NCBI GenBank assembly: GCA_035358955.1
Contig: DAORXN010000001.1
Coordinates: forward strand, 130,403 to 194,402
Length of the DNA stretch: 64,000 bases
Direction: 5' to 3'
Origin: Syntrophales bacterium
GTDB lineage: Bacteria; Desulfobacterota; Syntrophia; Syntrophales; UBA8958
A program made the translations under genes and the position numbers. Positions 45,401-53,866 of the stretch are shown piece after piece (position 1 is the stretch's first letter; every line of letters starts with the position of its first letter). The notes under the pieces are model-generated. The model was not told the origin of the DNA, ran no database searches, and worked only from the letters and a program-made list of their open reading frames with translations.

Positions 45401-45630
45401 GATTTCTTCCTCCTTTGTTAATTTAAGTCTAGCTGTGAGCTTATAGAATAATCGTTTTTTCGTGTCAAATCATTTACTGACCCTGGTGCAAAGTTTGGGG
45501 TTTGAAAATTTTTCGTTGACAAATACAGATGGATTGTTTTAGAGACTGCCCACCGTCCCCGGGGGGTGGCCAAACACCCAAAAATATACCCATGGAATGA
45601 TGCCCATGGTAGCAAGGGTAGGTGGAAGCG

Positions 45631-46500
45631 ATGGAACTTTTATTGCAGCAAATATTCAACGGCATTATGTTAGGCAGCACATATGCCATTTTCGCGTTGG
45701 GCCTTACGTTGGTCTACGGAATCTTGAATATACCCAACTTCGCCCATGGGCATATGTACATGCTCGGTGCCTATATCGGATTTTTCCTCATTACCGTGGT
45801 GGGGATTGCCTACTGGCCGGCCCTGGCCATTACGGCCATCTTGATGGCAGCGGCAGGCATCATCCTGGAATGGCTTGCCTACCGGCCCCTCAGAAATGAA
45901 CCCCATATCAGCTCTTTCATCTCGGCCTTAGGGGCTCTATTCGTCCTGGAAAACGGGGTGATCGCCATCTGGGGGCCACAGGGGCAGAGGATGCCCAACC
46001 CTTATCCCGGTGTTATGGAAATAATGGGTATTATTATGACCCAGCAGCGGGTTTTGGTCATCATCGGGGCGGTTATGTTGATCGTTCTTCTGCAGCTCTT
46101 CATAAAGAAAACCATCCTCGGTAGCACCATCGAGGCGGTGGCCCAGAATCCCGAGGGGGCAAGGTTGGTAGGCATAAATGTGGATTTCGTTTCGTCGCTC
46201 ACCTTCGCCATTTCTACTGCTCTGGCTGCCATTGCGGCCTTGCTTGTCGCGCCCATCTTCATGATTTCCCCTACTATGGGGTCACTGTTGGGCCTCAAAG
46301 GGTTTGTGATCATTATCCTGGGGGGTTTAGGGAGTATTCCCGGCGCCATCGTGGGAGGGTTGATCCTGGGGATGATCGAGGCCCTGGGGGGCGGGTACGT
46401 ATCCGCCGCCTATAAAGATGCTTTCGCCTTCGGGGCTTTGGTTTTGATTCTCGCGATCAAACCGACCGGTTTATTTGGAGAGGAGGTTAAGGGTAGGTGA
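45631..46500 (+). CDS. livH: branched-chain amino-acid ABC transporter permease
   Basis: LivH-type N-terminus LLQQIFNGIMLGSTYAIFALGLTLVYG. Multi-TM. ATG 45631 is preferred over GTG 45622. Confidence 0.9.
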   Translation: MELLLQQIFNGIMLGSTYAIFALGLTLVYGILNIPNFAHGHMYMLGAYIGFFLITVVGIAYWPALAITAILMAAAGIILEWLAYRPLRNEPHISSFISALGALFVLENGVIAIWGPQGQRMPNPYPGVMEIMGIIMTQQRVLVIIGAVMLIVLLQLFIKKTILGSTIEAVAQNPEGARLVGINVDFVSSLTFAISTALAAIAALLVAPIFMISPTMGSLLGLKGFVIIILGGLGSIPGAIVGGLILGMIEALGGGYVSAAYKDAFAFGALVLILAIKPTGLFGEEVKGR

Positions 46501-47474
46501 AGGTAAAAGACTGGCTTACGAAAAACTGGTTTTACTTGATCGTCTTTATCGTGGCCCTCGTGGTGCCTGCCTTTATGCCCAATCGTTACACGTTTCAGAT
46601 TGTGATCATGAGCTGCCTCATGGCGGTCGGGGCCCTTAGTTTTAACCTCCTTCTTGGTTATACGGGGCAGGCTTCCCTGGCCCACGGCGCCTTTTTCGGC
46701 ATCGGGGCTTACGGGGCCAGCATCCTGACCCTCAATTTGGGATGGTCCTTTTGGATCGCCCTCCCGGTGGGGGCGGCCATTGCGGCTTTGGTGGGGATGG
46801 TAGTGGGCATCCCGACCTTAAGAACGAGGGGGGCCTATTTTGCCATTGCCACCATGTGTCTGGGAGAGATAATCACCCTCATTGCCGGCAACTGGATCGA
46901 GCTCACGGGCGGACATAACGGCCTCGTAGGCATACCGACCCCCACCCCGATTAGGATTCCCGGTTTATTCACCATCAACTTTGACGATCAAACGGCTCAA
47001 TACTACCTGGTACTCGCTTTTCTCATTATAGTGATCTTCTTTATGCGGCGTCTGGTGTATTCCCTCAAAGGCCTCACCTTCATGGCTATTAGAAACAATG
47101 AACTTCTCGCCGAGGCGATCGGGATCAATACGTTCCGGACGAAACTCCTTTCCTTCGTGGTTTCAACCTTCATCGTGGGCATGGCGGGGGGTGTTTATGC
47201 AAGTCTGATCGGTTCGATCAGCCCGACCGTAGCTTCCCTAAAGGTGACTTTCGATTTTCTCCTCTTTACCTTGTTGGGAGGGATGGCAACTTTGGCCGGG
47301 CCTGTTATCGGCGCCTTTGGACTGCTCATCCTGATGGAATATCTGCAATTTCTTCAGGAATATCAGATGATTATTTTCGGTGCCTTGCTTGTAGCCGTCA
47401 TCGTATACTTCCCCCGCGGTTTTATGGGGGCTTACATGAAACTCAAAAGTAAGATGAAAAAGGCAGGAAATTAA
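46497..47474 (+). CDS. livM: branched-chain amino-acid ABC transporter permease
   Basis: GTGA overlap with livH. GYTGQASLAHGAFFGIGAY motif. Confidence 0.9.
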   Translation: MKVKDWLTKNWFYLIVFIVALVVPAFMPNRYTFQIVIMSCLMAVGALSFNLLLGYTGQASLAHGAFFGIGAYGASILTLNLGWSFWIALPVGAAIAALVGMVVGIPTLRTRGAYFAIATMCLGEIITLIAGNWIELTGGHNGLVGIPTPTPIRIPGLFTINFDDQTAQYYLVLAFLIIVIFFMRRLVYSLKGLTFMAIRNNELLAEAIGINTFRTKLLSFVVSTFIVGMAGGVYASLIGSISPTVASLKVTFDFLLFTLLGGMATLAGPVIGAFGLLILMEYLQFLQEYQMIIFGALLVAVIVYFPRGFMGAYMKLKSKMKKAGN

Positions 47475-47475
47475 G

Positions 47476-48240
47476 GTGCTTCTCAAGTGTGATAGTTTGA
47501 TCAAGAAATTCGGTGGAACGGTAGCGGTCAACGAGGTCTCGTTCGAGGTAAACGATGGAGAGATCCTCTCCATTATTGGACCGAACGGCGCGGGGAAATC
47601 GGTTCTCTTTAGCCTCATCAGCGGCATACACCTGCCTGACTCGGGCCGGATAATCTTTCAGGGAGAGGATATCACGCGTTACAAGGCTTACATGGTTTCC
47701 CGTAAAGGGATTGCCAGGACATTTCAGCTTACGGCCCTGTTTGATCAGCTGCGCGTCGTAGATAATCTGGCCCTCGGTTATCAGAAGATGACCAAACACG
47801 GATTTTGGGATACGATCTTTCACACGGCAAGGTGGCAGAGGGAAAGGGAGCAAATGCAGAACAAGATAATGGAGGTGCTCTCTTTCATCGGCTTGGAGAG
47901 GCGGGCCTTTGACCTCGTCTCCACCATTTCTCAGGGGGAACAGAGGTTGCTTGCCATCGGGATAGCCTTGATGAGTAACCCGAAGCTCATCTTGCTCGAC
48001 GAGCCGACGGGGGGGCTGCTTCAGGAAGACACGGATCGAATCACGCATCTCATTAGAAAGATAAACGATCAAGGAACTACCATCTGCCTGGTGGAGCACA
48101 AGATGAGAATGGTCATGGGACTCGCGGATCGGATTGTGGTATTGAACTACGGCCGTAAGATTGCCGAGGGGACCCCGGAAGAGGTCGCCTCTAATCCTCA
48201 GGTAATCGAAGCTTACTTAGGAAGAAAACGTGATGCTTAA
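47476..48240 (+). CDS. livG: branched-chain amino-acid ABC transporter ATP-binding protein
   Basis: Walker A GPNGAGKS, signature SQGEQRLL and Walker B LILLDEP. Confidence 0.92.
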   Translation: MLLKCDSLIKKFGGTVAVNEVSFEVNDGEILSIIGPNGAGKSVLFSLISGIHLPDSGRIIFQGEDITRYKAYMVSRKGIARTFQLTALFDQLRVVDNLALGYQKMTKHGFWDTIFHTARWQREREQMQNKIMEVLSFIGLERRAFDLVSTISQGEQRLLAIGIALMSNPKLILLDEPTGGLLQEDTDRITHLIRKINDQGTTICLVEHKMRMVMGLADRIVVLNYGRKIAEGTPEEVASNPQVIEAYLGRKRDA

Positions 48241-48937
48241 GCTTACCAAGGTAAACACAAAAATTGGCGGATTTCACGCCATCCACGATGTTTCTCTGGA
48301 GATTAAAGAGGGAGAGTTTGTTGCCTTGCTGGGGGGTAACGGGGCAGGGAAAACGACGTTGTTCAGAACCATTGCTGGCATAATTAACCCGATTTCTGGC
48401 CAAATCGAATTTAAGGGGCAGGAAATCCACAAAAAACCCGCCCATAAAATAGTGGCCTTGGGGCTATCATTGTGCCCGGAAGGGCGCCAGCTCTTTCCCC
48501 AGCTGCCCGTGTATAAAAACCTCTTACTCGGGGCCTATCATAGGAAAGACAAAAAGGAAATCAATGAAACGCTGGAAGAGGTGTACGAACTCTTCCCCAT
48601 CCTGAAGGAGAGAAGAAAACAGATGGCCGGTACGTTCAGCGGCGGAGAGCAGCAGATGCTCGCCATCGCCCGGGCCCTCATGTCCAAACCGGAGATGCTT
48701 CTTTTGGATGAGCCTTCGATGGGCCTTGCTCCCCAGATGGTAGATACCATCGCCGAGGTAATTTCCAATCTAAACAAGAAGGGGATGACAGTTTTCCTCT
48801 CGGAGCAGAATGCCCAGATTGCCCTCATGATTACCCAGCGGGGATATGTGCTGGAAAACGGTCATTTGGTGCTGGAGGGATCGAGTCGAGATCTGCTCAA
48901 TAACGAAAAGGTGAAGAAGGCGTATCTGGGAACTTAA
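48230..48937 (+). CDS. livF: branched-chain amino-acid ABC transporter ATP-binding protein
   Basis: Walker A GGNGAGKTT, signature SGGEQQML and Walker B LLLDEP. Confidence 0.92.
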   Translation: MMLKLTKVNTKIGGFHAIHDVSLEIKEGEFVALLGGNGAGKTTLFRTIAGIINPISGQIEFKGQEIHKKPAHKIVALGLSLCPEGRQLFPQLPVYKNLLLGAYHRKDKKEINETLEEVYELFPILKERRKQMAGTFSGGEQQMLAIARALMSKPEMLLLDEPSMGLAPQMVDTIAEVISNLNKKGMTVFLSEQNAQIALMITQRGYVLENGHLVLEGSSRDLLNNEKVKKAYLGT

Positions 48938-48943
48938 AATTCC

Positions 48944-49255
48944 CTACCCGTTGGATACCACGTTTTCCTTCAGCCACGAAAGGTAACTTTCGCTTCCTTT
49001 TAGGATGGGAAGGGCAATGATTTCCGGGACCTCGTAAGGATGAAGGAGAGAAATCTCCCTTTCCACTTTTTGGTAGAGAACTTTCGTAGTTTTTATGAGG
49101 CTTAGCCACTCTTTAGCTGTTTCTACCTTCCCGGCCCATCGGTAGATGGAATTCATAGGGCCCAGCACCTGAACACAGGCGGCAAGCTCCTTTTCTATCA
49201 GTTCGTGGGCGATCTTTAAGAGGGCTTCCCGGCTGTCACAGGTAGTGATAACCAT
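48944..49255 (-). CDS. cutA: divalent-cation tolerance protein CutA
   Basis: LAACVQ...SIYRWAGKVE...HPYEVPEI are typical CutA1 motifs. Start is ATG 49255 (MVITT) or 49276. Confidence 0.85.
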   Translation of the reverse strand: MVITTCDSREALLKIAHELIEKELAACVQVLGPMNSIYRWAGKVETAKEWLSLIKTTKVLYQKVEREISLLHPYEVPEIIALPILKGSESYLSWLKENVVSNG

Positions 49256-49262
49256 AATAAAT

Positions 49263-50021
49263 TCATCTCGTTTCATGAAAATCCCTCCTCGTCAATTCGT
49301 ATAGCACGATGGCCACGGCTTGAGGCAGGCTGAGAGAACCAATTCCCCCTGTTCCGGGAATGTGCCAGCACTCGTCACACAGAGATTTGACGGCTTCTGG
49401 AAGACCATGGGTTTCGTTTCCGAAGAGAATAGCGACCCCCGGTGCTACAGATTCGGGGGGCTTGCCGGAAGCCGCATCCGTCGCGATGGTTCTTATGCCT
49501 TGCGCCCGCAACTTGTGGATCATCACGGAAATGTCTTGTTTTTCCGCCACTTTCAGGTGAAATAAACTCCCCATGGAAGCCCGCACTACCTTCGGATGGG
49601 TGATGTCAACGGAGTTATCGCTTACGATGATGTTGTAAAGCCCAAACCAGTGCGCCGTTCTCAGGATAGCCCCTAAATTGTTCGGATTCGAGATTTCATG
49701 CAAGAGGAGGTAGCGTTCTTGCCTTGATATTTCCATCTCCGTGGGAAAATATCTCTTGGCCACGGCCATGATGCCTTCCGGTTCTTTGTCTTGGGATAGC
49801 TTTTGAAATTCCTTTGGCTTGAGGATATAGCAAGGTGTTTCCTTTGGTAACCACGTATCCGCCCGATCCTCGCGCACAAGGAAACACTCCACCGGCCAGT
49901 GGGCAGCTAACAATTGCGCCACGACCTTTTCCCCCTCCGCCAGAAAGGCCTGCTCCCGGTGGCGGTATTTACCGTCCAATAGTTTAGCCCATCTTTTCAA
50001 CTGGTTATGGCTGGGTACCAT
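49263..50021 (-). CDS. TrmH/SpoU-family RNA 2'-O-methyltransferase
   Basis: SpoU motifs (NPNNLGAILRTA, ILFGNETHGL, IPGTGGIGSLSL). Start ATG 50021 is preferred. Confidence 0.85.
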   Translation of the reverse strand: MVPSHNQLKRWAKLLDGKYRHREQAFLAEGEKVVAQLLAAHWPVECFLVREDRADTWLPKETPCYILKPKEFQKLSQDKEPEGIMAVAKRYFPTEMEISRQERYLLLHEISNPNNLGAILRTAHWFGLYNIIVSDNSVDITHPKVVRASMGSLFHLKVAEKQDISVMIHKLRAQGIRTIATDAASGKPPESVAPGVAILFGNETHGLPEAVKSLCDECWHIPGTGGIGSLSLPQAVAIVLYELTRRDFHETR

Positions 50022-50853
50022 GGGTTTTGAGCCCGACCGACCGGCGCCAAAGGTAGAGGCCCACGCCGATGGCAACCATGATGAGGCAGAGTATCTGCCC
50101 CATGGTTAGGAACCCCACGATAAAACCTATCTGTGGATCCGGTTCTCGGAAGAACTCGATAAAAAATCGCACCAGGCCGTAACCGATAAGGTAAAGGGAG
50201 AGGAGCCAGCCTTCGAAGGGGTGCTTGTTTCTTACCAGCCAAAGGAGGGAAAACAGGAAGACCCCTTCAAAAAGCGCCTCGTAAAGCTGGGAAGGATGGC
50301 GAAGCAACCCGGTAGGGTCCAGGGGGAAGTACATGCCCCAGGGTAGTTGGGTGGGGCGACCGAACAGCTCCCCGTTCAAAAAATTGCCCAGTCGGCCGAA
50401 GGTGTAGCCGAGGGGAATGGCGGGGCAAAATAAGTCGGCCATATTCCAGAAGGAGATCCGGTGAGCACGGCAATAGAGAAAACCTGTTACCACTACCCCG
50501 ATTGCCCCCCCATGGTAGGACATGCCGCTTAGGCCCACAAGTTTCACCCCCTCCGAAGAAAAGTGAAAGGGAAGGATGATTTCCCAAGGTCGCGCCAGGT
50601 AGTAAGAAAAATTGTAGATGACCACGTAGCCTAATCGGGCTCCCACCATGAGCCCTAATATACACCAAAGGATGGCATCGATGACGATTTCCTGTGAATA
50701 CGGGTAATGACGTTCTTTCTTTATGCGGTACAGAACGAGCAGATAGGTAAGGGCGAAGGCCACGAGATACATGACGCTGTACCAGCGGATTTGCAGGGGA
50801 CCCAAGGTGAAGAGCACGGGGGAGATTTTTTCCGGGAGATGTTGCCAGCTCAT
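50005..50853 (-). CDS. lgt: prolipoprotein diacylglyceryl transferase
   Basis: IRWYSVMY, GRLGNFLNGELFG and HPSQLYE motifs. Multi-TM. ATGA overlap with trxB. Confidence 0.93.
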   Translation of the reverse strand: MSWQHLPEKISPVLFTLGPLQIRWYSVMYLVAFALTYLLVLYRIKKERHYPYSQEIVIDAILWCILGLMVGARLGYVVIYNFSYYLARPWEIILPFHFSSEGVKLVGLSGMSYHGGAIGVVVTGFLYCRAHRISFWNMADLFCPAIPLGYTFGRLGNFLNGELFGRPTQLPWGMYFPLDPTGLLRHPSQLYEALFEGVFLFSLLWLVRNKHPFEGWLLSLYLIGYGLVRFFIEFFREPDPQIGFIVGFLTMGQILCLIMVAIGVGLYLWRRSVGLKTHGTQP

Positions 50854-51803
50854 CGGGGATACGCTTCCCCTTTCAGTTCTTCGACGTAGAGCTGGGCCGC
50901 GTATGCCGCCTGGGCGCCATCTCCGCAGGCCGTAACCACCTGCCTGAGTTTCTTATCGATACAGTCACCACAGGCAAACATACCCCTCTGGGAGGTTTTC
51001 ATCTCCCGGTCCACGATGATAGATCCATCCGGGGCGAGGTCCACGAGCCCTTCCACCAGGTCCGTGTTGGGGCGGATTCCGATGAAGATAAAAATGCCGT
51101 TGACCTTGAGGCTTTGCACCTTACCCGTGGGCAGGTGACGGAGGGAAATTTCTTCTACCCCTTCCTGCCCCTTGATTTCTTCCACCACCGACTCCCAGAT
51201 GATGTTCACCCGGGGATTGTTGAAAACCCGCTGTTGTAGAATGCCGGCCGCTCGGAGGCGGTTGCGGCGATGTATGAGATGAACCCGGCTGGCAAACTGG
51301 GTGAGGAAGTTCGCTTCTTGCACGGCCGTATCCCCCCCGCCCACGACGGCAACTTCCAGGTTACGGTAAAGGGGGGCATCGCAGGTGGCACAGTACGAGA
51401 CCCCCCGGCCGATAAAGGTGTCTTCGCCCGGCACGTTCAGCTTTCGCCAATTGGCACCGGTCGCGATGATCGTTGCCCTGGCGGAAAACTGGGTACTATC
51501 TGTTTCCACTTCCCAAGCCGGTTGGTTTTCTATTATCGCTTTTCTTATCCCTTTTACGTCGGAGGTCGTTGTTTCTAAGCCAAATCGAATCGCCTGGGTA
51601 CGGAACTTCTCCGTCAATTCGTATCCCCCGATCCCCTCCGGAAATCCCGGATAGTTTTCCACTATATCCGTGAGGGTTATTTGACTTACCGAGGTGCTTC
51701 CTTCCACGAGCAGGGTTTTCAGATTGGCCCGGGCACAGTACAGCCCCGCCGTAAGCCCGGCCGGCCCACCACCCACTATGATTACATCGTACAATCCCTT
51801 CAT
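50850..51803 (-). CDS. trxB: thioredoxin-disulfide reductase
   Basis: VIIVGGGPAG, redox CATC, and a second dinucleotide fold VVGGGDTA. ATG 51803 follows a GAGGAGG SD. Confidence 0.93.
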   Translation of the reverse strand: MKGLYDVIIVGGGPAGLTAGLYCARANLKTLLVEGSTSVSQITLTDIVENYPGFPEGIGGYELTEKFRTQAIRFGLETTTSDVKGIRKAIIENQPAWEVETDSTQFSARATIIATGANWRKLNVPGEDTFIGRGVSYCATCDAPLYRNLEVAVVGGGDTAVQEANFLTQFASRVHLIHRRNRLRAAGILQQRVFNNPRVNIIWESVVEEIKGQEGVEEISLRHLPTGKVQSLKVNGIFIFIGIRPNTDLVEGLVDLAPDGSIIVDREMKTSQRGMFACGDCIDKKLRQVVTACGDGAQAAYAAQLYVEELKGEAYPR

Positions 51804-51829
51804 GGTCCTCCTCAATTTTTTTTGCCGTC

Positions 51830-53359
51830 TTAATAGTTACGATACAAGATTTCGGCTATTCGTACAAGGTCTTCTCCCACCTCCTGGGCGAGTTTCATGA
51901 CCTGGGGACGTGTCGGTCGGTCCGTTTCATGAACGTGGTTGATGATAACGCAGAAGGCCAACTTTCGTCCCGATGCCGTTTCCACATATCCGGCAAGGCT
52001 TTTACCTTGAACGAAGCCGGAATTATTCAGCACGTCGTATTGATTTAACGTCCCCGTTTTGGCCCGAATTTTTCCTTGGGCCGGATCTTTATCGTCCACC
52101 GCCCATTTCAGGGTACCCGAGACGCCCAATACAGGCAGGGCGTTTAACATGTCCCGATAAATTTCATCCCGAGCAATGGCGGCAAGGAAGGCCGTAACCG
52201 TTTGGGGAGTTACCAAATTGGCCGGAGAAATTCCTGCCCCGTCGCCCAAGGAAACGGTCTTTAGGTCTAGGTCTTTTTCTTTCAGAAATTCTCGGATGAC
52301 CTTCATTCCCTCTTCCATGGTGCCCAAGGCGCGGAGACAACCCAGGAGGAGGACCAAGGCATCGGCCCCGGGGTTGTAACTCGTCTCGAGGATACGCTGG
52401 ATGTACTGGTTAAGTGGTGGGGATTGATAAACGGCGATGGTGCTAAGCTTATCTTTGTCTTCTGCTAAAGAAGAAAGAAATGGGCGCGGGTTGGGGCGTA
52501 AGGGGGAGGCGGCGACCTTGACCTTCTTCCTTTGGAGGGCATTGATGAAAAGCGCGCGCAGGCAACTTGCCGGGTCGTAAATGGCCACGGATTTTTTCAG
52601 GGGGGTGGAGGCCGTGGATATTTTTCCCTTTATCCGTAACTTACCGGTGGCGGTCCAGGAAATCTCTATCTGCGTTTCATCCTCCTTCGGGACCGTGCGG
52701 GTTTCGTTCATGATTCCGGGCCAGGAAAGAGCAAGGTCCTGCTTCACCTGAGCCTTTTTGCCCGGGCGGGTAGGGGTGATGGTTATCCCTAACTGGGTCT
52801 CCGTACACATGGCCGGGGATACCGTATAAAGGACAAGGCCGGGTGAAACGGTACTGTACGCTCGATACGGTAAAAAGAGGCGGTCGTCCACCAGAATATC
52901 GCCCCTTACCTCTCTGATACCGGCCGCCTTCACCTGCTGGGCCAGGAATTCTAAACCGGAAAAGAATATGTCCCCCGTGGGCACGAGGATGAGATCGCCT
53001 AGTAAGGAGCCCTGTTTCAACGACCCGCGCCGATAGAGGGCGGTTTTAAAGGTGAAGTCTCTCCCGAGTCGGGAGAGGGCCGAAGCCGTGACGAAAAGCT
53101 TGGTCAGGGAGGCGGGGTATAAGAGTCGGTCGCTGTTTAGGGCGTAAACCGTTTCTCCCTTTGCCATATCAACCACGTGCAGGCCGAAATGGGCATGGCG
53201 GTACATCGCTTTGTCGAAAATGGCTTTGATCTCATCCGCCGGGGCAAAGGAAGGGATGGTGAAAAGAAGGATCACAAAGGTGCAAAAGGTGATTTTTAGG
53301 GGCTTGATTTTGTAGGTGGAGATGAATATGTTTCTCGGCGTAGGCCATGATACGTTCAT
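51830..53359 (-). CDS. dacB: D-alanyl-D-alanine carboxypeptidase/endopeptidase (PBP4, S13 family)
   Basis: SLTK (SxxK) and KTGTL motifs, about 500 aa. N-terminal signal anchor. Start is uncertain (ATG 53359 or upstream GTG 53410). Confidence 0.82.
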   Translation of the reverse strand: MNVSWPTPRNIFISTYKIKPLKITFCTFVILLFTIPSFAPADEIKAIFDKAMYRHAHFGLHVVDMAKGETVYALNSDRLLYPASLTKLFVTASALSRLGRDFTFKTALYRRGSLKQGSLLGDLILVPTGDIFFSGLEFLAQQVKAAGIREVRGDILVDDRLFLPYRAYSTVSPGLVLYTVSPAMCTETQLGITITPTRPGKKAQVKQDLALSWPGIMNETRTVPKEDETQIEISWTATGKLRIKGKISTASTPLKKSVAIYDPASCLRALFINALQRKKVKVAASPLRPNPRPFLSSLAEDKDKLSTIAVYQSPPLNQYIQRILETSYNPGADALVLLLGCLRALGTMEEGMKVIREFLKEKDLDLKTVSLGDGAGISPANLVTPQTVTAFLAAIARDEIYRDMLNALPVLGVSGTLKWAVDDKDPAQGKIRAKTGTLNQYDVLNNSGFVQGKSLAGYVETASGRKLAFCVIINHVHETDRPTRPQVMKLAQEVGEDLVRIAEILYRNY

Positions 53360-53374
53360 GGGAGGTACCCTTTG

Positions 53375-53866
53375 ATGCCAATTTACGAGTTTTATTGCCA
53401 TAGATGTCACACCATATACAACTTCTTTTCCCGCACCGTAAATACGGAGGCTACACCCAACTGCCCCCGATGTAAGACGGTGAAGCTAAAGCGGCAGATG
53501 TCCATCTTTTCCCACCTTTCCGGGGAGAAAAAGGAAGAGGACTTACCGATCGATGAATCAAAACTCGAGCAGGCCATGAACATGCTGGCGGGGGAGGCGG
53601 AAAGGATCGACGAGGAAGACCCCCGGCAAGCCGCGCAACTTATGCGGAAATTGACGGAAGCCACGGGCATGAATCTTTCTCCCGCCATGGAAGAGGCCCT
53701 GAGCCGCCTGGAAAGGGGCGAGGATCCCGAGGCGATTGAGGCAGAAATGGGAGAAATCTTGGAAAATGAAGAGCCCTTCACTTGGGATGCGTCCGGTAAG
53801 AGGGGGAAGGCGGGCCGGCGGGCACTTCCGCCCCAGGTGGACGATACCCTTTATGAGCTTACATAA
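53375..53866 (+). CDS. FmdB-family zinc-ribbon protein with long acidic C-terminal extension
   Basis: MPIYEFYCHRC...CPRC (CxxC-x(n)-CxxC) is typical of FmdB/CxxC_CxxC_SSSS proteins. GGAGG SD 9 nt before ATG 53375. Confidence 0.7.
   Translation: MPIYEFYCHRCHTIYNFFSRTVNTEATPNCPRCKTVKLKRQMSIFSHLSGEKKEEDLPIDESKLEQAMNMLAGEAERIDEEDPRQAAQLMRKLTEATGMNLSPAMEEALSRLERGEDPEAIEAEMGEILENEEPFTWDASGKRGKAGRRALPPQVDDTLYELT

Noticed and set aside
45401-45630. 230-nt AT-rich region upstream of livH, with an imperfect GC hairpin (45548-45570) and two CCCATGG motifs 14 nt apart (45589-45595 and 45603-45609). Considered as a possible leader, riboswitch or operator.
   Set aside because: It has no recognisable riboswitch core, the hairpin is imperfect and lacks a U-tract, and the short repeats could be chance. 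A covariance-model scan would be needed.
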